From an uncultured Actinomycetota bacterium (GTDB lineage Bacteria; Actinomycetota; Actinomycetes; JACCUZ01): 64,000 bases of DNA. The notes beneath the pieces were generated by a model that worked only from the letters and a program-made list of their open reading frames with translations, did not search any database and was not told the DNA's origin. Positions 27,837 through 39,292 of the stretch are shown here, piece after piece. The stretch covers positions 81,954 through 145,953 of the forward strand of contig CAVRTI010000024.1 in NCBI GenBank assembly GCA_963723975.1, given 5' to 3'. The translations under genes were made by a program, and so were the position numbers. The first letter of the stretch is position 1. Each line of letters begins with the position of its first letter.

Positions 27837-29489
27837 ATGACTCCCGCCGAGCTGTCGGCCGCGGTCCGGGCAGCCGTCCAGGCCGCCGTCGATGCCGGCG
27901 ACCTGGTCGTCCCGGTGCCCGACGAGGTGCGGGTCGAGCGTCCCCGGGTCAAGGAGCACGGCGACTACGCGACCTCGGTCGCACTGCAGCTCGCCAAGCC
28001 CGCCGGTGAGCCGCCACGAAAGGTCGCCGAGGCGGTCGCCACCCGGCTGCGCCAGGCCGACGGGGTGGCTTCGGTGGACATCGCGGGGCCCGGCTTCCTC
28101 AACATCACCCTGGAGTCCGCCGCGCAGGGCGAGCTCGCCCGGACCGTTGTCGAGGCGGGGCAGGGCTACGGCAGCTCCTCCGCGATGGCCGGCCACAACA
28201 TCAACCTCGAGTTCGTCTCGGCCAACCCGACCGGGCCGATCCATCTCGGCGGGACCCGGTGGGCGGCGGTGGGTGATGCGCTCGGCCGGATCTTCCAGGC
28301 CAACGGGGCCACGGTCGCCCGCGAGTACTACTTCAACGACCACGGCGTGCAGATCGACCGCTTCGCCCGCTCGCTGCTGGCCCGGGCCCAGGACAAGCCA
28401 CTCCCGGAGGACGGCTACGGCGGCGAGTACATCGAGGAGATCGCGGCCGACGTCGTCGCAAGCAACCCGGGCGTGCTCGACCTGCCCGACGACGAGGCCC
28501 AGGAGATCTTCCGGCGCGACGGCGTGCAGCAGATGTTCGACGAGATCAAGCGGACCCTGCACGACTTCGGCACCGACTTCGACGTCTACTTCCACGAGAA
28601 CACGCTGCACGAGTCGGGTGCGGTCGACCGGGCGGTGAAGCGGCTGCGCGAGGAAGGCCGCATCTACGAGCAGGACGGCGCCGTCTGGCTGCGCACGACC
28701 GACTTCGGCGACGACAAGGACCGGGTGGTCATCAAGAGCGACGGCAACCCGGCGTACATCTCCGGCGACCTGGCCTACTACCTCGACAAACGCGAGCGTG
28801 GCTTCGACAAGGTCGTCATCATGCTCGGCGCCGACCACCACGGCTACATCGGCCGGATGATGGCGATGTGCGCGTGCTTCGGCGACAAGCCCGGCGAGAA
28901 CCTCGAGATCCTCATCGGCCAGATGGTGAACCTGGTGCGTGACGGCGAGCCGCTGCGGATGAGCAAGCGGGCCGGCACGGTGATCTCGATGGAGGACCTC
29001 GTCGACGCCGTCGGTGTCGACGCCGGCCGCTACGCCCTGATCCGCTCCTCGGCCGACAGCCAGCTCGACATCGACCTCGACCTGTGGACCCGCAACACCA
29101 GCGACAACCCGGTGTTCTACGTGCAGTACGCGCACGCCCGGGTCTCCAGCCTGCTGCGCAACGCCACCGAGCTCGGCCTGGCCAAGGGCGAGCTGCGCCC
29201 CGAGCTGCTCGACCACGACCGCGAGGGTGACCTGCTGGGCGCGCTCGGTGAGTTCCCGCGGGTGGTGGCCACGGCGGCCGAGCTGCGCGAGCCGCACCGG
29301 GTCGCGCGGTACCTCGAGGAGCTGGCCGGCACCTACCACCGGTTCTACGACGCCTGCCGGGTGCTGCCCCGGGGCGACGAGGAGCCGACCGACACCCATC
29401 GGGCCCGGCTCTGGCTGGTCGAGGCGACCCGCGTGGTGCTGGCCAACGGCCTCCGGCTGCTCGGCGTCAACGCGCCCGAGCGGATGTAG
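27837..29489 (+). CDS. argS: Arginine--tRNA ligase
   Basis: A class I aaRS with HIGH-like (PTGPIHLGG) and KMSKS-like (RMSKRAG) motifs, at full ArgS length. Confidence 0.95.
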   Translation: MTPAELSAAVRAAVQAAVDAGDLVVPVPDEVRVERPRVKEHGDYATSVALQLAKPAGEPPRKVAEAVATRLRQADGVASVDIAGPGFLNITLESAAQGELARTVVEAGQGYGSSSAMAGHNINLEFVSANPTGPIHLGGTRWAAVGDALGRIFQANGATVAREYYFNDHGVQIDRFARSLLARAQDKPLPEDGYGGEYIEEIAADVVASNPGVLDLPDDEAQEIFRRDGVQQMFDEIKRTLHDFGTDFDVYFHENTLHESGAVDRAVKRLREEGRIYEQDGAVWLRTTDFGDDKDRVVIKSDGNPAYISGDLAYYLDKRERGFDKVVIMLGADHHGYIGRMMAMCACFGDKPGENLEILIGQMVNLVRDGEPLRMSKRAGTVISMEDLVDAVGVDAGRYALIRSSADSQLDIDLDLWTRNTSDNPVFYVQYAHARVSSLLRNATELGLAKGELRPELLDHDREGDLLGALGEFPRVVATAAELREPHRVARYLEELAGTYHRFYDACRVLPRGDEEPTDTHRARLWLVEATRVVLANGLRLLGVNAPERM

Positions 29490-29499
29490 CGGTACGCCG

Positions 29500-30882
29500 G
29501 TGCGTGCCCACCCCGCCGGGCCGAGGTCCGGTGAGCTCGCCCACGAGGGACTGCACGCGGGGCCGCCCGCCGACCTCGGCGCCGTCGACCCCGCGGTCTG
29601 GCCGCTGGGCCTGAGCCGGGCCGACGAGGGGCACCTCGTGCTCCGCGGGCACGACGTGCGCGAGCTGGTGGCCGAGCACGGCAGCCCGGCCTTCCTGCTC
29701 GACGAGGCCGACCTGCGGCGCCGCTGCCGGGACTATCGCGAGGCGTTCGGCGGCGCAATGGTGTTCTACGCCGCCAAGGCGTTCCTCTGCTCCGCCGTCG
29801 CGCGCTGGGTCGAGGAGGAGGGGCTGGGCCTCGACGTCTGCACCGGCGGCGAGCTCGCGGTCGCCGTCCGCGCCGGCTTCCCCGGCGACCGGATGCTGTT
29901 GCACGGCAACAACAAGTCGACTGCCGAGCTGGTCGCCGCACTCGACGCCGCCGTGGCCCGGGTCGTGGTCGACTCGCTGGCCGAGATCGAGCGGCTGAGC
30001 CGGCTCTGCCTCGAGCGCGGCAGCACGCAACGCGTCCTGGTGCGCACCACCGTCGGTGTCGAGGCGCACACCCACGAGTTCATCGCGACAGCGCACGAGG
30101 ACCAGAAGTTCGGCTTCTCGCTGGTCGGCGGCGATGCCCTCGATGCCGTACGCCGGGTGCTCGCCGCGCCGGGGCTCGAACTGGTCGGCCTGCACTCGCA
30201 CATCGGCTCGCAGATCTTCGACGCCGGCGGGTTCGAGGTCGCGGCGCACCGGGTCGTCGGGCTGCTCGCCCAGGTGCGCGACGAGCTCGGCGTCGAGCTG
30301 CCCGAGCTGAACCTCGGCGGCGGGCTCGGCATCGCGTACACCAGTGCCGACGACCCGGCCGACGTCGTCGACATGGGGCGCTCGCTGCGCGGCATCGTCG
30401 AGCGGGAGTGCTCGGCGTACGGCCTCGGCGTGCCCTCCCTCGCGATAGAGCCCGGTCGCGGGATCGTCGGGCCGGGCACCGTCACGGTCTACGAGGTGGG
30501 CACCGTCAAGGAGGTCGAGGGGGTGCGGACCTTCGTCTCCGTCGACGGCGGCATGAGCGACAACATCCGCACGGCGCTCTATGACGCCGACTACACCGTG
30601 CTGCTCGCCAACCGGTCCTCCAGCGCAGGCCCGATGCTGGCCCGGGTCGTCGGGAAGCACTGCGAGAGCGGCGACATCGTGGTGAAGGACGCCTGGCTAC
30701 CCGCCGACGTCGGGCCCGGCGACCTGCTGGCCGTGGCGGCGACCGGGGCCTACTGCCGGTCGATGGCCTCGACGTACAACCACGTGCCACGGCCCCCGGT
30801 CGTCGCCGTCACCGAGGCGGGCACCAGGGTCCTGCTCCGCCGGGAGACCGTCGAGGACCTGTTCACCCTCGACGTCGGCTGA
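29500..30882 (+). CDS. lysA: Diaminopimelate decarboxylase
   Basis: PLP fold-III decarboxylase: YAAKAF...GGGLGI...CESGD...GAYC. Colinear with Mtb LysA. The GTG start lies 10 nt after the argS stop. Confidence 0.9.
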   Translation: MRAHPAGPRSGELAHEGLHAGPPADLGAVDPAVWPLGLSRADEGHLVLRGHDVRELVAEHGSPAFLLDEADLRRRCRDYREAFGGAMVFYAAKAFLCSAVARWVEEEGLGLDVCTGGELAVAVRAGFPGDRMLLHGNNKSTAELVAALDAAVARVVVDSLAEIERLSRLCLERGSTQRVLVRTTVGVEAHTHEFIATAHEDQKFGFSLVGGDALDAVRRVLAAPGLELVGLHSHIGSQIFDAGGFEVAAHRVVGLLAQVRDELGVELPELNLGGGLGIAYTSADDPADVVDMGRSLRGIVERECSAYGLGVPSLAIEPGRGIVGPGTVTVYEVGTVKEVEGVRTFVSVDGGMSDNIRTALYDADYTVLLANRSSSAGPMLARVVGKHCESGDIVVKDAWLPADVGPGDLLAVAATGAYCRSMASTYNHVPRPPVVAVTEAGTRVLLRRETVEDLFTLDVG

Positions 30883-30950
30883 CCGACGCGCCCGCCCAGA
30901 TCCCGGTCAGGGAGCGTGCTGGCGGCGCCGCGTCTGACAGGCTGGCGCGC

Positions 30951-32240
30951 ATGGGAGGTGCCTTGCGCGTCGCGCTGCTCGGTTGCGGCACGGTCGGCAG
31001 CGAGGTCGCCCGGCTGCTCATCACCCATGCCGACGACCTGGCTGCCCGGGTGGGCAGCCCGCTCGAGCTGGCCGGCATCGCGGTCCGCCGGATCTCCCGC
31101 GACCGGGGTGACCTCCCCGTCGAGCTGTTCACCACCGACGCGGCGGCCCTGGCCACCCGTGACGACGTCGACATCGTGGTCGAGGTCATCGGCGGCATCG
31201 AGCCGGCCCGCTCGCTGATCCTCGGTGCTCTCGAGGCCGGTGCGTCGGTCGTCACCGCGAACAAGGCGCTGCTCGCCGAGGACGGCGCGACGCTGTTCGA
31301 CGCCGCCGAGAAGCACGGTGGCGACCTCTACTACGAGGCCGCGGTCGCCGGCGCGATCCCGATCCTGCGACCGCTGCGCGAGTCACTGGCCGGCGACCGC
31401 GTGCGCCGCGTGCTCGGCATCGTCAACGGCACCACCAACTACATCCTCACCCGGATGACCGAGAGCGGGGCCAGCTTCTCCGACGCCCTGGAGGAGGCGC
31501 AGGCGCTCGGCTACGCCGAGGCCGACCCGACGGCTGACGTCGAAGGGTTCGACGCTGCGGCCAAGGCCGCGATCCTCGCCGCGCTGGCGTTCCACACCCG
31601 GGTCACCGCCGCTGACGTCCACCGCGAGGGCATCACCGAGGTCACCAGCGCCGATGTCGCCAGTGCCCGGGCGATGGGCTGCGTTGTCAAGCTGCTCGCC
31701 ATCGCCGAGGTCTCCGACGACGGCACCAGCGTCGGCGTCCGGGCGCACCCGGCGATGATCCCCACGACCCACCCGCTGGCTTCGGTGCGGGAGGCCTTCA
31801 ACGCGGTCTTCGTCGAGTCCGAGGCTGCCGGCGAGCTGATGTTCTACGGCCGCGGCGCGGGCGGCTCGCCCACGGCCAGCGCGGTCCTCGGCGACATCGT
31901 CGCGGTGGCCAGGCACAAGGTGTCCGGCGGCCGTGGCCCCGGGGAGTCGGCGTACGCCGACCTGCGGCTGCGCCCGATGGGCGAGACCGTGACGCGCTAC
32001 CACGTCAGCCTCGACGTCGCCGACCGTTCCGGCGTGCTCGCCCGGGTGGCCACCGCCTTCGCCGAGCAGGGTGTCTCGATCGAGACGGTCCGGCAGGAGA
32101 AGCACGGGGAGGACGACGCCGTGCTGGTCATCGTCACCCACCACGCCACCGACGCCGCGCTGTCGGCCACCGTCGCGTCGCTGCGCGAGCTGGACGTCGT
32201 GCGCCGGGTGCTCAGTGTGATGCGGGTCGAGGGCCGCTAG
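30951..32240 (+). CDS. hom: Homoserine dehydrogenase
   Basis: NAD-binding LLGCGTVGSEV, a catalytic region and a C-terminal ACT domain. Confidence 0.9.
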   Translation: MGGALRVALLGCGTVGSEVARLLITHADDLAARVGSPLELAGIAVRRISRDRGDLPVELFTTDAAALATRDDVDIVVEVIGGIEPARSLILGALEAGASVVTANKALLAEDGATLFDAAEKHGGDLYYEAAVAGAIPILRPLRESLAGDRVRRVLGIVNGTTNYILTRMTESGASFSDALEEAQALGYAEADPTADVEGFDAAAKAAILAALAFHTRVTAADVHREGITEVTSADVASARAMGCVVKLLAIAEVSDDGTSVGVRAHPAMIPTTHPLASVREAFNAVFVESEAAGELMFYGRGAGGSPTASAVLGDIVAVARHKVSGGRGPGESAYADLRLRPMGETVTRYHVSLDVADRSGVLARVATAFAEQGVSIETVRQEKHGEDDAVLVIVTHHATDAALSATVASLRELDVVRRVLSVMRVEGR

Positions 32241-32243
32241 GTC

Positions 32244-33308
32244 ATGGCGCACACCTGGCGCGGCGTCATCGCCGAGTACGCCGACCGGCTGCCGGTTGGG
32301 CCGAGCACGCCGGTCGTCAGCCTCGGCGAGGGAGGCACCCCGTTGGTCCGGGCCGGTCACCTCTCGGAGCTCACCGGCTGCGACGTCCACCTCAAGGTCG
32401 AGGGTGCCAACCCGACCGGATCCTTCAAGGATCGCGGCATGACGGTCGCGATCTCCAAGGCGGTCGAGGAGGGTGCGACCGCCGTCATCTGCGCCTCGAC
32501 CGGCAACACCAGCGCGTCGGCCGCCGCTTATGCCGCGAAGGCCGGTCTGTCCTGCGTCGTCCTGGTGCCGCACGGTCGGATCGCAGCCGGCAAGCTCGCC
32601 CAGGCCCTGGTGCACCACGCCCGGCTGCTGCAGGTCGAGGGCGGGTTCGACGACTGTCTACGGCTGGCCCGCGACCTCGCCGACCAGCTGCCGGTGTCGC
32701 TGGTGAACTCGGTCAACGCCTTCCGGATCGAGGGCCAGAAGACCGCGTCGTTCGAGGTGGTGGACGCGCTCGGCCGGGCGCCCGACGTGCACTGCCTGCC
32801 GGTCGGCAACGCCGGCAACATCACGGCGTACTGGCAGGGCTACACCGAGTACGCCGACGAGGGGCGCTGCGAACGCCCCCGGATGTGGGGCTTCCAGGCC
32901 GAGGGTGCGGCGCCGATCGTCCGCGGCGAACGGGTCGCTGCGCCGGAGACGGTCGCGACGGCGATCCGGATCGGCGACCCGGCGTCATGGGCCGGTGCCG
33001 TGGCGGCCCGCGACGAGTCCGGCGGCCTGGTGCACGCCGTCAGCGACCGCGCGATCCTCGACGCCCAGCGGCTGCTGTCGACAAAGGAGGGGGTGTTCGT
33101 CGAGCCGGCGAGCGCCGCCGCGGTCGCCGGGCTGCTGCAGTGCCACCGGCTCGGTCTGCTCGACCCCGGTCTGCTGGTCGTCTGCACCGTCACCGGCAAC
33201 GGGCTCAAGGACACCGAGACCGCCCTGCGTGAGATCAGCATCGACACCGCGACCGTCCCGGCCGACGTCGGTGCGGCCGCCGCCGTGCTCGGCCTGCTAC
33301 CCGCATGA
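32244..33308 (+). CDS. thrC: Threonine synthase
   Basis: PLP-lysine motif TGSFKDRGM. There is a 4-nt gap after hom. Confidence 0.9.
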   Translation: MAHTWRGVIAEYADRLPVGPSTPVVSLGEGGTPLVRAGHLSELTGCDVHLKVEGANPTGSFKDRGMTVAISKAVEEGATAVICASTGNTSASAAAYAAKAGLSCVVLVPHGRIAAGKLAQALVHHARLLQVEGGFDDCLRLARDLADQLPVSLVNSVNAFRIEGQKTASFEVVDALGRAPDVHCLPVGNAGNITAYWQGYTEYADEGRCERPRMWGFQAEGAAPIVRGERVAAPETVATAIRIGDPASWAGAVAARDESGGLVHAVSDRAILDAQRLLSTKEGVFVEPASAAAVAGLLQCHRLGLLDPGLLVVCTVTGNGLKDTETALREISIDTATVPADVGAAAAVLGLLPA

Positions 33309-34201
33309 GCCGGTCGGTCACCGTCCGGGTCCCGGCGACCAGCGCGAACATCGGCCCCGGCTTCGACTGCCTCGGGCTCGCTCTCGACCTGCACGACGAG
33401 GTCGCCGTGAGCGCCGGCGACCCGGCCGAGGGCGACCGGGTCAGCGTGCAGGTGAACGGCGAAGGGGCCGGGTCGGTGCCCACCGACGGCCGGCACCTCG
33501 TGGTGCGGGCGATCCACGCGGCCCTGGCCGCGCTGGACGCGCCGCGCCTCCCGCTGTCGCTCACCTGCACCAACACCATCCCGCACGGCCGCGGCCTCGG
33601 CTCGTCGGCGGGTGCCGTGGTCGCCGGGCTGCTCGCCGGGCGGGCACTGGTGGACGGCGGCGCGGACCGGCTGGACGACGACGCGGTGCTCTCCCTCGCG
33701 AGCGTCTTCGAGGGCCACCCGGACAACGCCGCGGCCTGTCTGCTCGGTGGCCTGACCCTGGCCTGGGGCGACGCCGACGGCGTTCACGCGGTCCGGCTCG
33801 AACCCCGCCCGGAGCTGCGCGCCACGGTGCTGGTCCCGGAGACCGAGCTGTCGACCGAGACGGCCCGCGGGCTGCTGCCGGCCACCGTCCCGCACGTCGA
33901 TGCCGCGCACGCCGCCGGCCGGTCCGCTCTGCTGGTCGCGGCCCTCACCGGAGTACCCGGCCTGCTGCTCCCCGCGACCGAGGACCGGCTGCACCAGTCG
34001 TACCGGGCACCGGCGATGCCGGGCACCGACGCGCTGGTGCGCAGGCTGCGCAGCATCGGCCGGGCCGCGGTGGTGTCCGGTGCCGGCCCCACCGTCCTGG
34101 TTCTGAGCGAGCCCGGTGAACCGCCGGTCGAGGTGCCGCCGGGCTGGCGGCGTCTCGAGCTCGATGTCGTCCGCACCGGCGCCACGGTGGTCACCACCTG
34201 A
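33305..34201 (+). CDS. thrB: Homoserine kinase
   Basis: GHMP kinase motif [16 protein letters not shown]. It overlaps the thrC stop. Confidence 0.9.
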   Translation: MSRSVTVRVPATSANIGPGFDCLGLALDLHDEVAVSAGDPAEGDRVSVQVNGEGAGSVPTDGRHLVVRAIHAALAALDAPRLPLSLTCTNTIPHGRGLGSSAGAVVAGLLAGRALVDGGADRLDDDAVLSLASVFEGHPDNAAACLLGGLTLAWGDADGVHAVRLEPRPELRATVLVPETELSTETARGLLPATVPHVDAAHAAGRSALLVAALTGVPGLLLPATEDRLHQSYRAPAMPGTDALVRRLRSIGRAAVVSGAGPTVLVLSEPGEPPVEVPPGWRRLELDVVRTGATVVTT

Positions 34202-34536
34202 ATCTGTCGGGGTTTCTTCCGGCAGTCGGGAACGCCACCGAGGTCGATGGTGTTAGGCTCGGCATCGCACCAGCAGCCACTGCGTGGCCGGTGCCCCGCC
34301 ACGACTCCTCGGTCGCCTCTCGCGGCTCAGTCCTTGACAACCGTGGCTCCCCACTGATCGCCTCCCCGCTGTCCACGGGGCAGGGAACCAGTGGAGCCTC
34401 CGGGGATCACGTGGGGCGCTCGGCCTGAGGAACCTGGTGAGCGTCCCACCCCTATGACGTCCCGTCTGTGCGGGACGGAGCAACCGCCGACCGGAGCCGC
34501 CACGACGCGGCCCGTCGCCCCAGGAAGGACCCATCT

Positions 34537-36460
34537 GTGTCCGACACCACCGACCTCCTCGACGCGCCCGCCACGGGCGGCGTCGAGGACGGCTCCGTCG
34601 ACTCCTCGGCGACCAAGCCCGCCCGCAAGCGCTCCGCCGGCCTGTCCGGCATGGTGCTCGCCGAGCTGCAGGGCCTGGCCGGCGAGCTCGGCATCAGGGG
34701 CACCGCCAAGATGCGCAAGGGACAGCTGATCGAGGCCATCAAGGAGCGCCAGGACGGCAGTTCCGGTGACGCGGCCCGCCAAGGCACCCGCCGAGCGCAG
34801 CCGCCGCGGGTCCGCTGCCCGCGCCGAGCGGCGGCCCACCGACAACGACGACAGCCAGCAGAACCCGCCGGCCGAGGCCGACGACAGCCAGCCGGGCGAC
34901 GGCCAGCCGGGCGAGCGGCGGCCGGCGACCGCGCCGCGACCGCGTCCGACCGCGGCGACCGGGCGGCCACCGCGAGCGAGGCCGGCGACCAGGGCGGCGA
35001 CCAGCAGGCCGGGCGGCAGCAGGGCGACCGCAAGCGCGAGGACCGTGGCGCCCAGCAGGGCAACCGTCCAGCAGGGCGGCCAGGGCGGGCAGGCCACCCA
35101 GGGCGGGCCGGCCAACCAGGGCGGGCAGGCCAACCGGGACGGGCAGGCCAACCGGGACGACGAGGACGACTTCGACGGTCGGGGCGGGCGGAGCCGTCGC
35201 CGTGGCCGCTACCGCGATCGCAACCGCAACCGCCGCGGCGGCCGGGACGGCTTCGCCCCGGGCGACGGCGACGCCCTGCCCGAGATCAGCGAGGACGACG
35301 TCCTGGTGCCGGTCGCCGGGATCCTCGACATCATGGACAACTACGCGTTCGTCCGGACCTCCGGCTACCTGCCGGGCCCGAACGACGTGTACGTCGCGCT
35401 GGCACAGGTGCGCAAGAGCGGCCTGCGCAAGGGTGACGCCATCACCGGCGCGGTCCGGGCGCCCCGTGAGGGTGAGCGCAAGGAGAAGTTCAACGCGCTC
35501 GTCCGCCTCGACACCGTGAACGGCGCCGAGCCGGACAAGTCGCGGAGCCGGGTGGAGTTCGGCAAGCTGACTCCGCTCTACCCCCAGGACCGGCTCCGCC
35601 TCGAGACCGAGCCCGGCATCCTCACCACCCGCGTCATCGACCTGGTCGCGCCGATCGGCAAGGGCCAGCGCGGCCTGATCGTCTCGCCGCCCAAGGCCGG
35701 CAAGACGATGGTGCTGCAGGCGATCGCCAACGCCATCACGACGAACAACCCCGAGGTCCACCTCATGGTCGTGCTGGTGGACGAGCGGCCGGAAGAGGTC
35801 ACCGACATGCAGCGGTCGGTCAAGGGCGAGGTCATCGCCTCGACGTTCGACCGGCCGGCCGAGGACCACACCATCGTCGCCGAGCTGGCGATCGAGCGGG
35901 CCAAGCGGCTCGTCGAGCTGGGGCACGACGTCGTCGTCCTGCTCGACTCGATCACCCGGCTCGGCCGCGCCTACAACCTCGCGGCCCCCGCGAGCGGGCG
36001 GATCCTGTCCGGGGGTGTCGACTCGACGGCGCTGTACCCGCCGAAGCGCTTCTTCGGTGCCGCCCGCAACATCGAGAACGGTGGGTCGCTGACCATCCTC
36101 GCCACGGCGCTGGTCGAGACCGGCTCGCGGATGGACGAGGTGATCTTCGAGGAGTTCAAGGGCACCGGCAACATGGAGCTCAAGCTCGACCGGAAGCTCG
36201 CCGACAAGCGGATCTTCCCGGCGGTGGACGTGGACCCGTCCGGCACCCGCAAGGAAGAGATCCTGATGGACCGCTCCGAGCTCCAGGTCACCTGGAAGCT
36301 CCGCCGGGTGCTGCACGCCCTCGAGACCCAGCAGGCGCTGGAGCTGCTCCTGGACCGGATGAAGAAGACGCAGAGCAACGCCGAGTTCCTCATGCAGGTG
36401 CAGCAGACGATGCCGATGCCGGGTAACGGCAACGGCAACGGCAGCTCGGACGAGGACTGA
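34537..36460 (+). CDS. rho: Transcription termination factor Rho, with a long R/G/Q/D-rich N-terminal insertion and an apparent 1-nt insertion near 34762-34768
   Basis: A Rho_N domain ([34 protein letters not shown]) lies in frame 1 from the GTG at 34537. The RNA-binding and ATPase domains ([23 protein letters not shown]...[17 protein letters not shown]...) lie in frame 2 from 34766. A ~330-nt 5' leader precedes the gene. Confidence 0.85.
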
Positions 36461-36499
36461 CGCCACGCTCGGGAGCCGCACCCAGGCCCACCCGTCGAC

Positions 36500-36527
36500 G
36501 GCCCCCGCACCCCTCGGTGCGGGGGCC
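36500..36527 (+). terminator. Perfect GC-rich hairpin downstream of rho (putative intrinsic terminator, no U-tract)
   Basis: GGCCCCCGCACC-cctc-GGTGCGGGGGCC has a 12-bp stem and a 4-nt loop. It lies 40 nt after the rho stop. Confidence 0.5.
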
Positions 36528-36683
36528 GTCGCGCGTCCTCACCCGTCCGGGCTAGTCCTCCTCACCGGCTGCTGCGAGCCGAGCGGGCCATACAGCCGGA
36601 GGTCGTCCCTGCCGAACGAACAAGCACGGTCTCCCTCGACCGGCGGCGTCGTACGCCGACAGATGTCTTGAGAAGGGCCTTAC

Positions 36684-37259
36684 GTGCAGCAGGACCGAGG
36701 TCGAGCGCCACGTTCCGCGACCCGTGCAGTGCTTCGCTGCGCCGTGCTCGCGGTGGTCGTCGCGCTCTCGGGCCTGACCGGTCTGGGCCTGGCCGGCCCC
36801 GCCGCGGCGGCGGACCTGGACTGCACCCCGATGGGGGACCCGGCCTGCCGCGACCTCACCCCCGTGGTGGAGTGCGTCTGGGTCGAGACGAACGGTTCGC
36901 GGACGATCGTCTGGGGCTACGACAACCCCAGCACCCTCACCCTGCACATCGACATCGGCAACAAGAACAAGATGTCCCCGGGCGCCGAGGACGGCGGTCA
37001 GCCGACCGACTTCGCGCCCGGCCGCACGGCTCAACGCGTTCGTGACCAACGTCCCAGGCACCAGCGCGACCTGGCGCCTGGGCAACAACACGGCGAGCCT
37101 CTCCGGCGCGACCAAGGCCTGCGTGACCAAGCCGGTCTCCCTGATCGGCAGCGCCTCTGCCCTGGCCGTGTTCCTGCTGCTGATCGCGATCGCGATCCCG
37201 ATCGCGGTCCGGCCGCGCCACGGCCAGCCGGGCGGCCGACCCGTACGGACCGCGGCATG
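36684..37259 (+). CDS. Secreted cysteine-containing protein with a C-terminal TM anchor plus basic tail. An apparent 1-nt insertion lies near 37028-37035
   Basis: Frame 0 gives a signal peptide (RAVLRCAVLAVVVALSGLTGLGLAGPAAAA) followed by ...DLDCTPMGDPACRDLTPVVECVWVETNGSRTIVWGYDNPSTLTLHIDIGNKNKMSPGAEDGGQPTDFAPGRTA. Frame 1 continues ...FVTNVPGTSATWRLGNNTASLSGATKACVTKPVSLIGSASALAVFLLLIAIAIPIAVRPRHGQPGGRPVRTAA*. The stop overlaps the next ATG. Confidence 0.5.
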
Positions 37260-37919
37260 AAGGTCCTGGCCGTCGGGGCCCACCCCGACGACATCGAGCT
37301 CGGCTGCGGCGGCGCGCTTCGCGCCCACGTGCTGGCGGGTGACGAGGTCACCATGCTGGTGATGACCTCCGGCGAGCGCGGCCCGCAGGGGATCACCTCC
37401 CGGGTGCGCGAGCAGGAGGCCGCCGCCCAGGTGATCGGCGCGACCCTGCTCTGGGGCGGCTTCGGCGACGGCTCCATCCCGGCCGGTCGTGAGACGGTGG
37501 ACGTCATCGACTCCGTGCTGCGACGGGTCGAGGCCGACGTGGTCTACACCCACGCACCGCACGACAGCCACCAGGACCACGTCGCGGTCTCCGCGGCCTC
37601 GCTGGCCGCAGCGCGCCGGACCGGTCGCGTCCTGTACTACCAGGCTCCGTCCACGACCTCGTTCGACCCGACCGTGTTCGTCGACGTCGGCGGGACGGTC
37701 GAGGACAAGATGGCGTCGCTGCAGGCCCACTGGTCCCAGGTCATGGACTGCCCGATGGTCGACCTCGAGGCGGTCCACGCCGGGGTCCGCTACTGGGGCC
37801 AGCGCGCCCGGACCCGTTTCGCCGAAGCCTTCGAGTCGCCTCGGTTCCTCTGGCAGGTCGCTCCCGCGAGCCTGCCGGTGAGGGACGAGCTCGACCTCGA
37901 GGCCCTGCAGTGGCGCTGA
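37257..37919 (+). CDS. PIG-L family deacetylase (LmbE-like)
   Basis: MKVLAVGAHPDDIELGCGGAL...HAPHDSHQDH. Confidence 0.8.
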   Translation: MKVLAVGAHPDDIELGCGGALRAHVLAGDEVTMLVMTSGERGPQGITSRVREQEAAAQVIGATLLWGGFGDGSIPAGRETVDVIDSVLRRVEADVVYTHAPHDSHQDHVAVSAASLAAARRTGRVLYYQAPSTTSFDPTVFVDVGGTVEDKMASLQAHWSQVMDCPMVDLEAVHAGVRYWGQRARTRFAEAFESPRFLWQVAPASLPVRDELDLEALQWR

Positions 37920-38027
37920 CCACCGAGCCCGCCGCGTCGCCCGCTCGTCCCACCACCACGCCGGTCGACCAGGCCGCGCCGTGGACCCTGCTGATCATCG
38001 CCGGACTGGCGGTCGCTCGCCTGCGCG

Positions 38028-39292
38028 GTGCTGGGCGTCAACCGGGCGATCCTGGCGGCGACCGTCGGGGTGAACCTCATCTTCCTGATCTTCTTCCTGC
38101 GGCACGTCGCGTTCGCCGCGGCCGCGATGCGGTGGGCGCCCCGGGACCTCTACGAGGCGCCGGAGGTCGAGCTCGGCTACCAGCCGGCGGTCTCGGTGCT
38201 GGTGGCCTGCCACGACGAGGCACTGGTCGCGGAGAAGCTGGTGACCGGGATGGCCGCGCTGCACTACCCGCGCTCGCACCTCGAGATCCTCTTCGTCGAC
38301 GACGGCTCGACCGACGGCACCGGTGACCTGCTCGAGCGGCTGACCGCCGGGGAGCGGCACATGCATGTGCTCCGCCGGCCACCTGGGTCGGGCGGCGGCA
38401 AGTCCGGCGCGCTGAACCTGGCCGCCGAGCGCGCCCGCGGTGAGGTCCTGGTCGTCTTCGACGCCGACCACGTGCCGAGGCGGGACGTCATCGCACGGCT
38501 GGTGCGGCACTTCCAGGACGACCGGGTGGACGCGGTGCAGGGCCGCTGCGTCATCCGCAACTCCGTCGAGTCGACCCTTGGCGCGCTCGATCGCGATCGA
38601 CTACTTCTCCGGCTACCTCGTCAACGAGTACGGGCGGCAGGCGCTGTTCGGGCTGCCGGCGTACGGCGGGGCGAACTGCGCGGTGCGGACCTCGCGGCTG
38701 CGCGAGCTGGGCGGCTGGAACGAGGACAGCGTCACCGAGGACACCGACCTCACGATGCGGATCGTGCTGAGCGGCGGGCGGATCCGGTACGACATCACCG
38801 CGGTCGACACCGAGGAGGGCGCCACCACGCTGCGCCGCTTCCGCACCCAGCGCTACCGCTGGGCCCGCGGCCATCAGCAGGTCTGGCGCGAGTACCGCTC
38901 GGCGGTGGTGCGGTCGCCGCACCTGTCGTTCGTGGAGAAGGTCGAGACGCTGCAGTTCCTGCTCGTCTACCACGTCCCCGCGGTGTGCGCGCTCACGTTG
39001 TTCATCACGGCACTGCGGATCGCCGGCGTCGGGACCGTCGGTGTCCGTCTTCGAGATGCTGCCGTTGTCAGCCCTGCTGTTCGCCGGCCCGTTCTGCGAG
39101 CTGGCGGTGGGGCTGGTCGTGGGGCGTGCGCCGCGCCGGTCAGCCTGGTCGGTCGCCTGGCTGACCCCGTTGTTCTTCGTGTTCATGCTGGTCTGCGCCA
39201 AGGCCTGGCTGGACGGCGTGCTGGGCCGGCCCTACACCTGGGCGAAGACCAAGCGGTCGTCCTGGTCGCCGCTGCACGGGGTGTCGACGTGA
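38028..39292 (+). CDS. Membrane glycosyltransferase family 2 (processive synthase-like, PgaC/cellulose-synthase-like), split by two apparent 1-nt insertions (near 38575 and 39040)
   Basis: An N-terminal TM, then a GT-A domain (LVACHDEALVAEKL...ILFVDDGSTDGT...VVFDADH...QGRC) in frame 0. It continues ...IDYFSGYLVNEYGRQALFGLPAYGGANCAVR...QRYRWARGHQQ (QxxRW) in frame 1. The C-terminal TMs (...LLFAGPFCELAVGLVVG...) are in frame 2. Confidence 0.7.
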
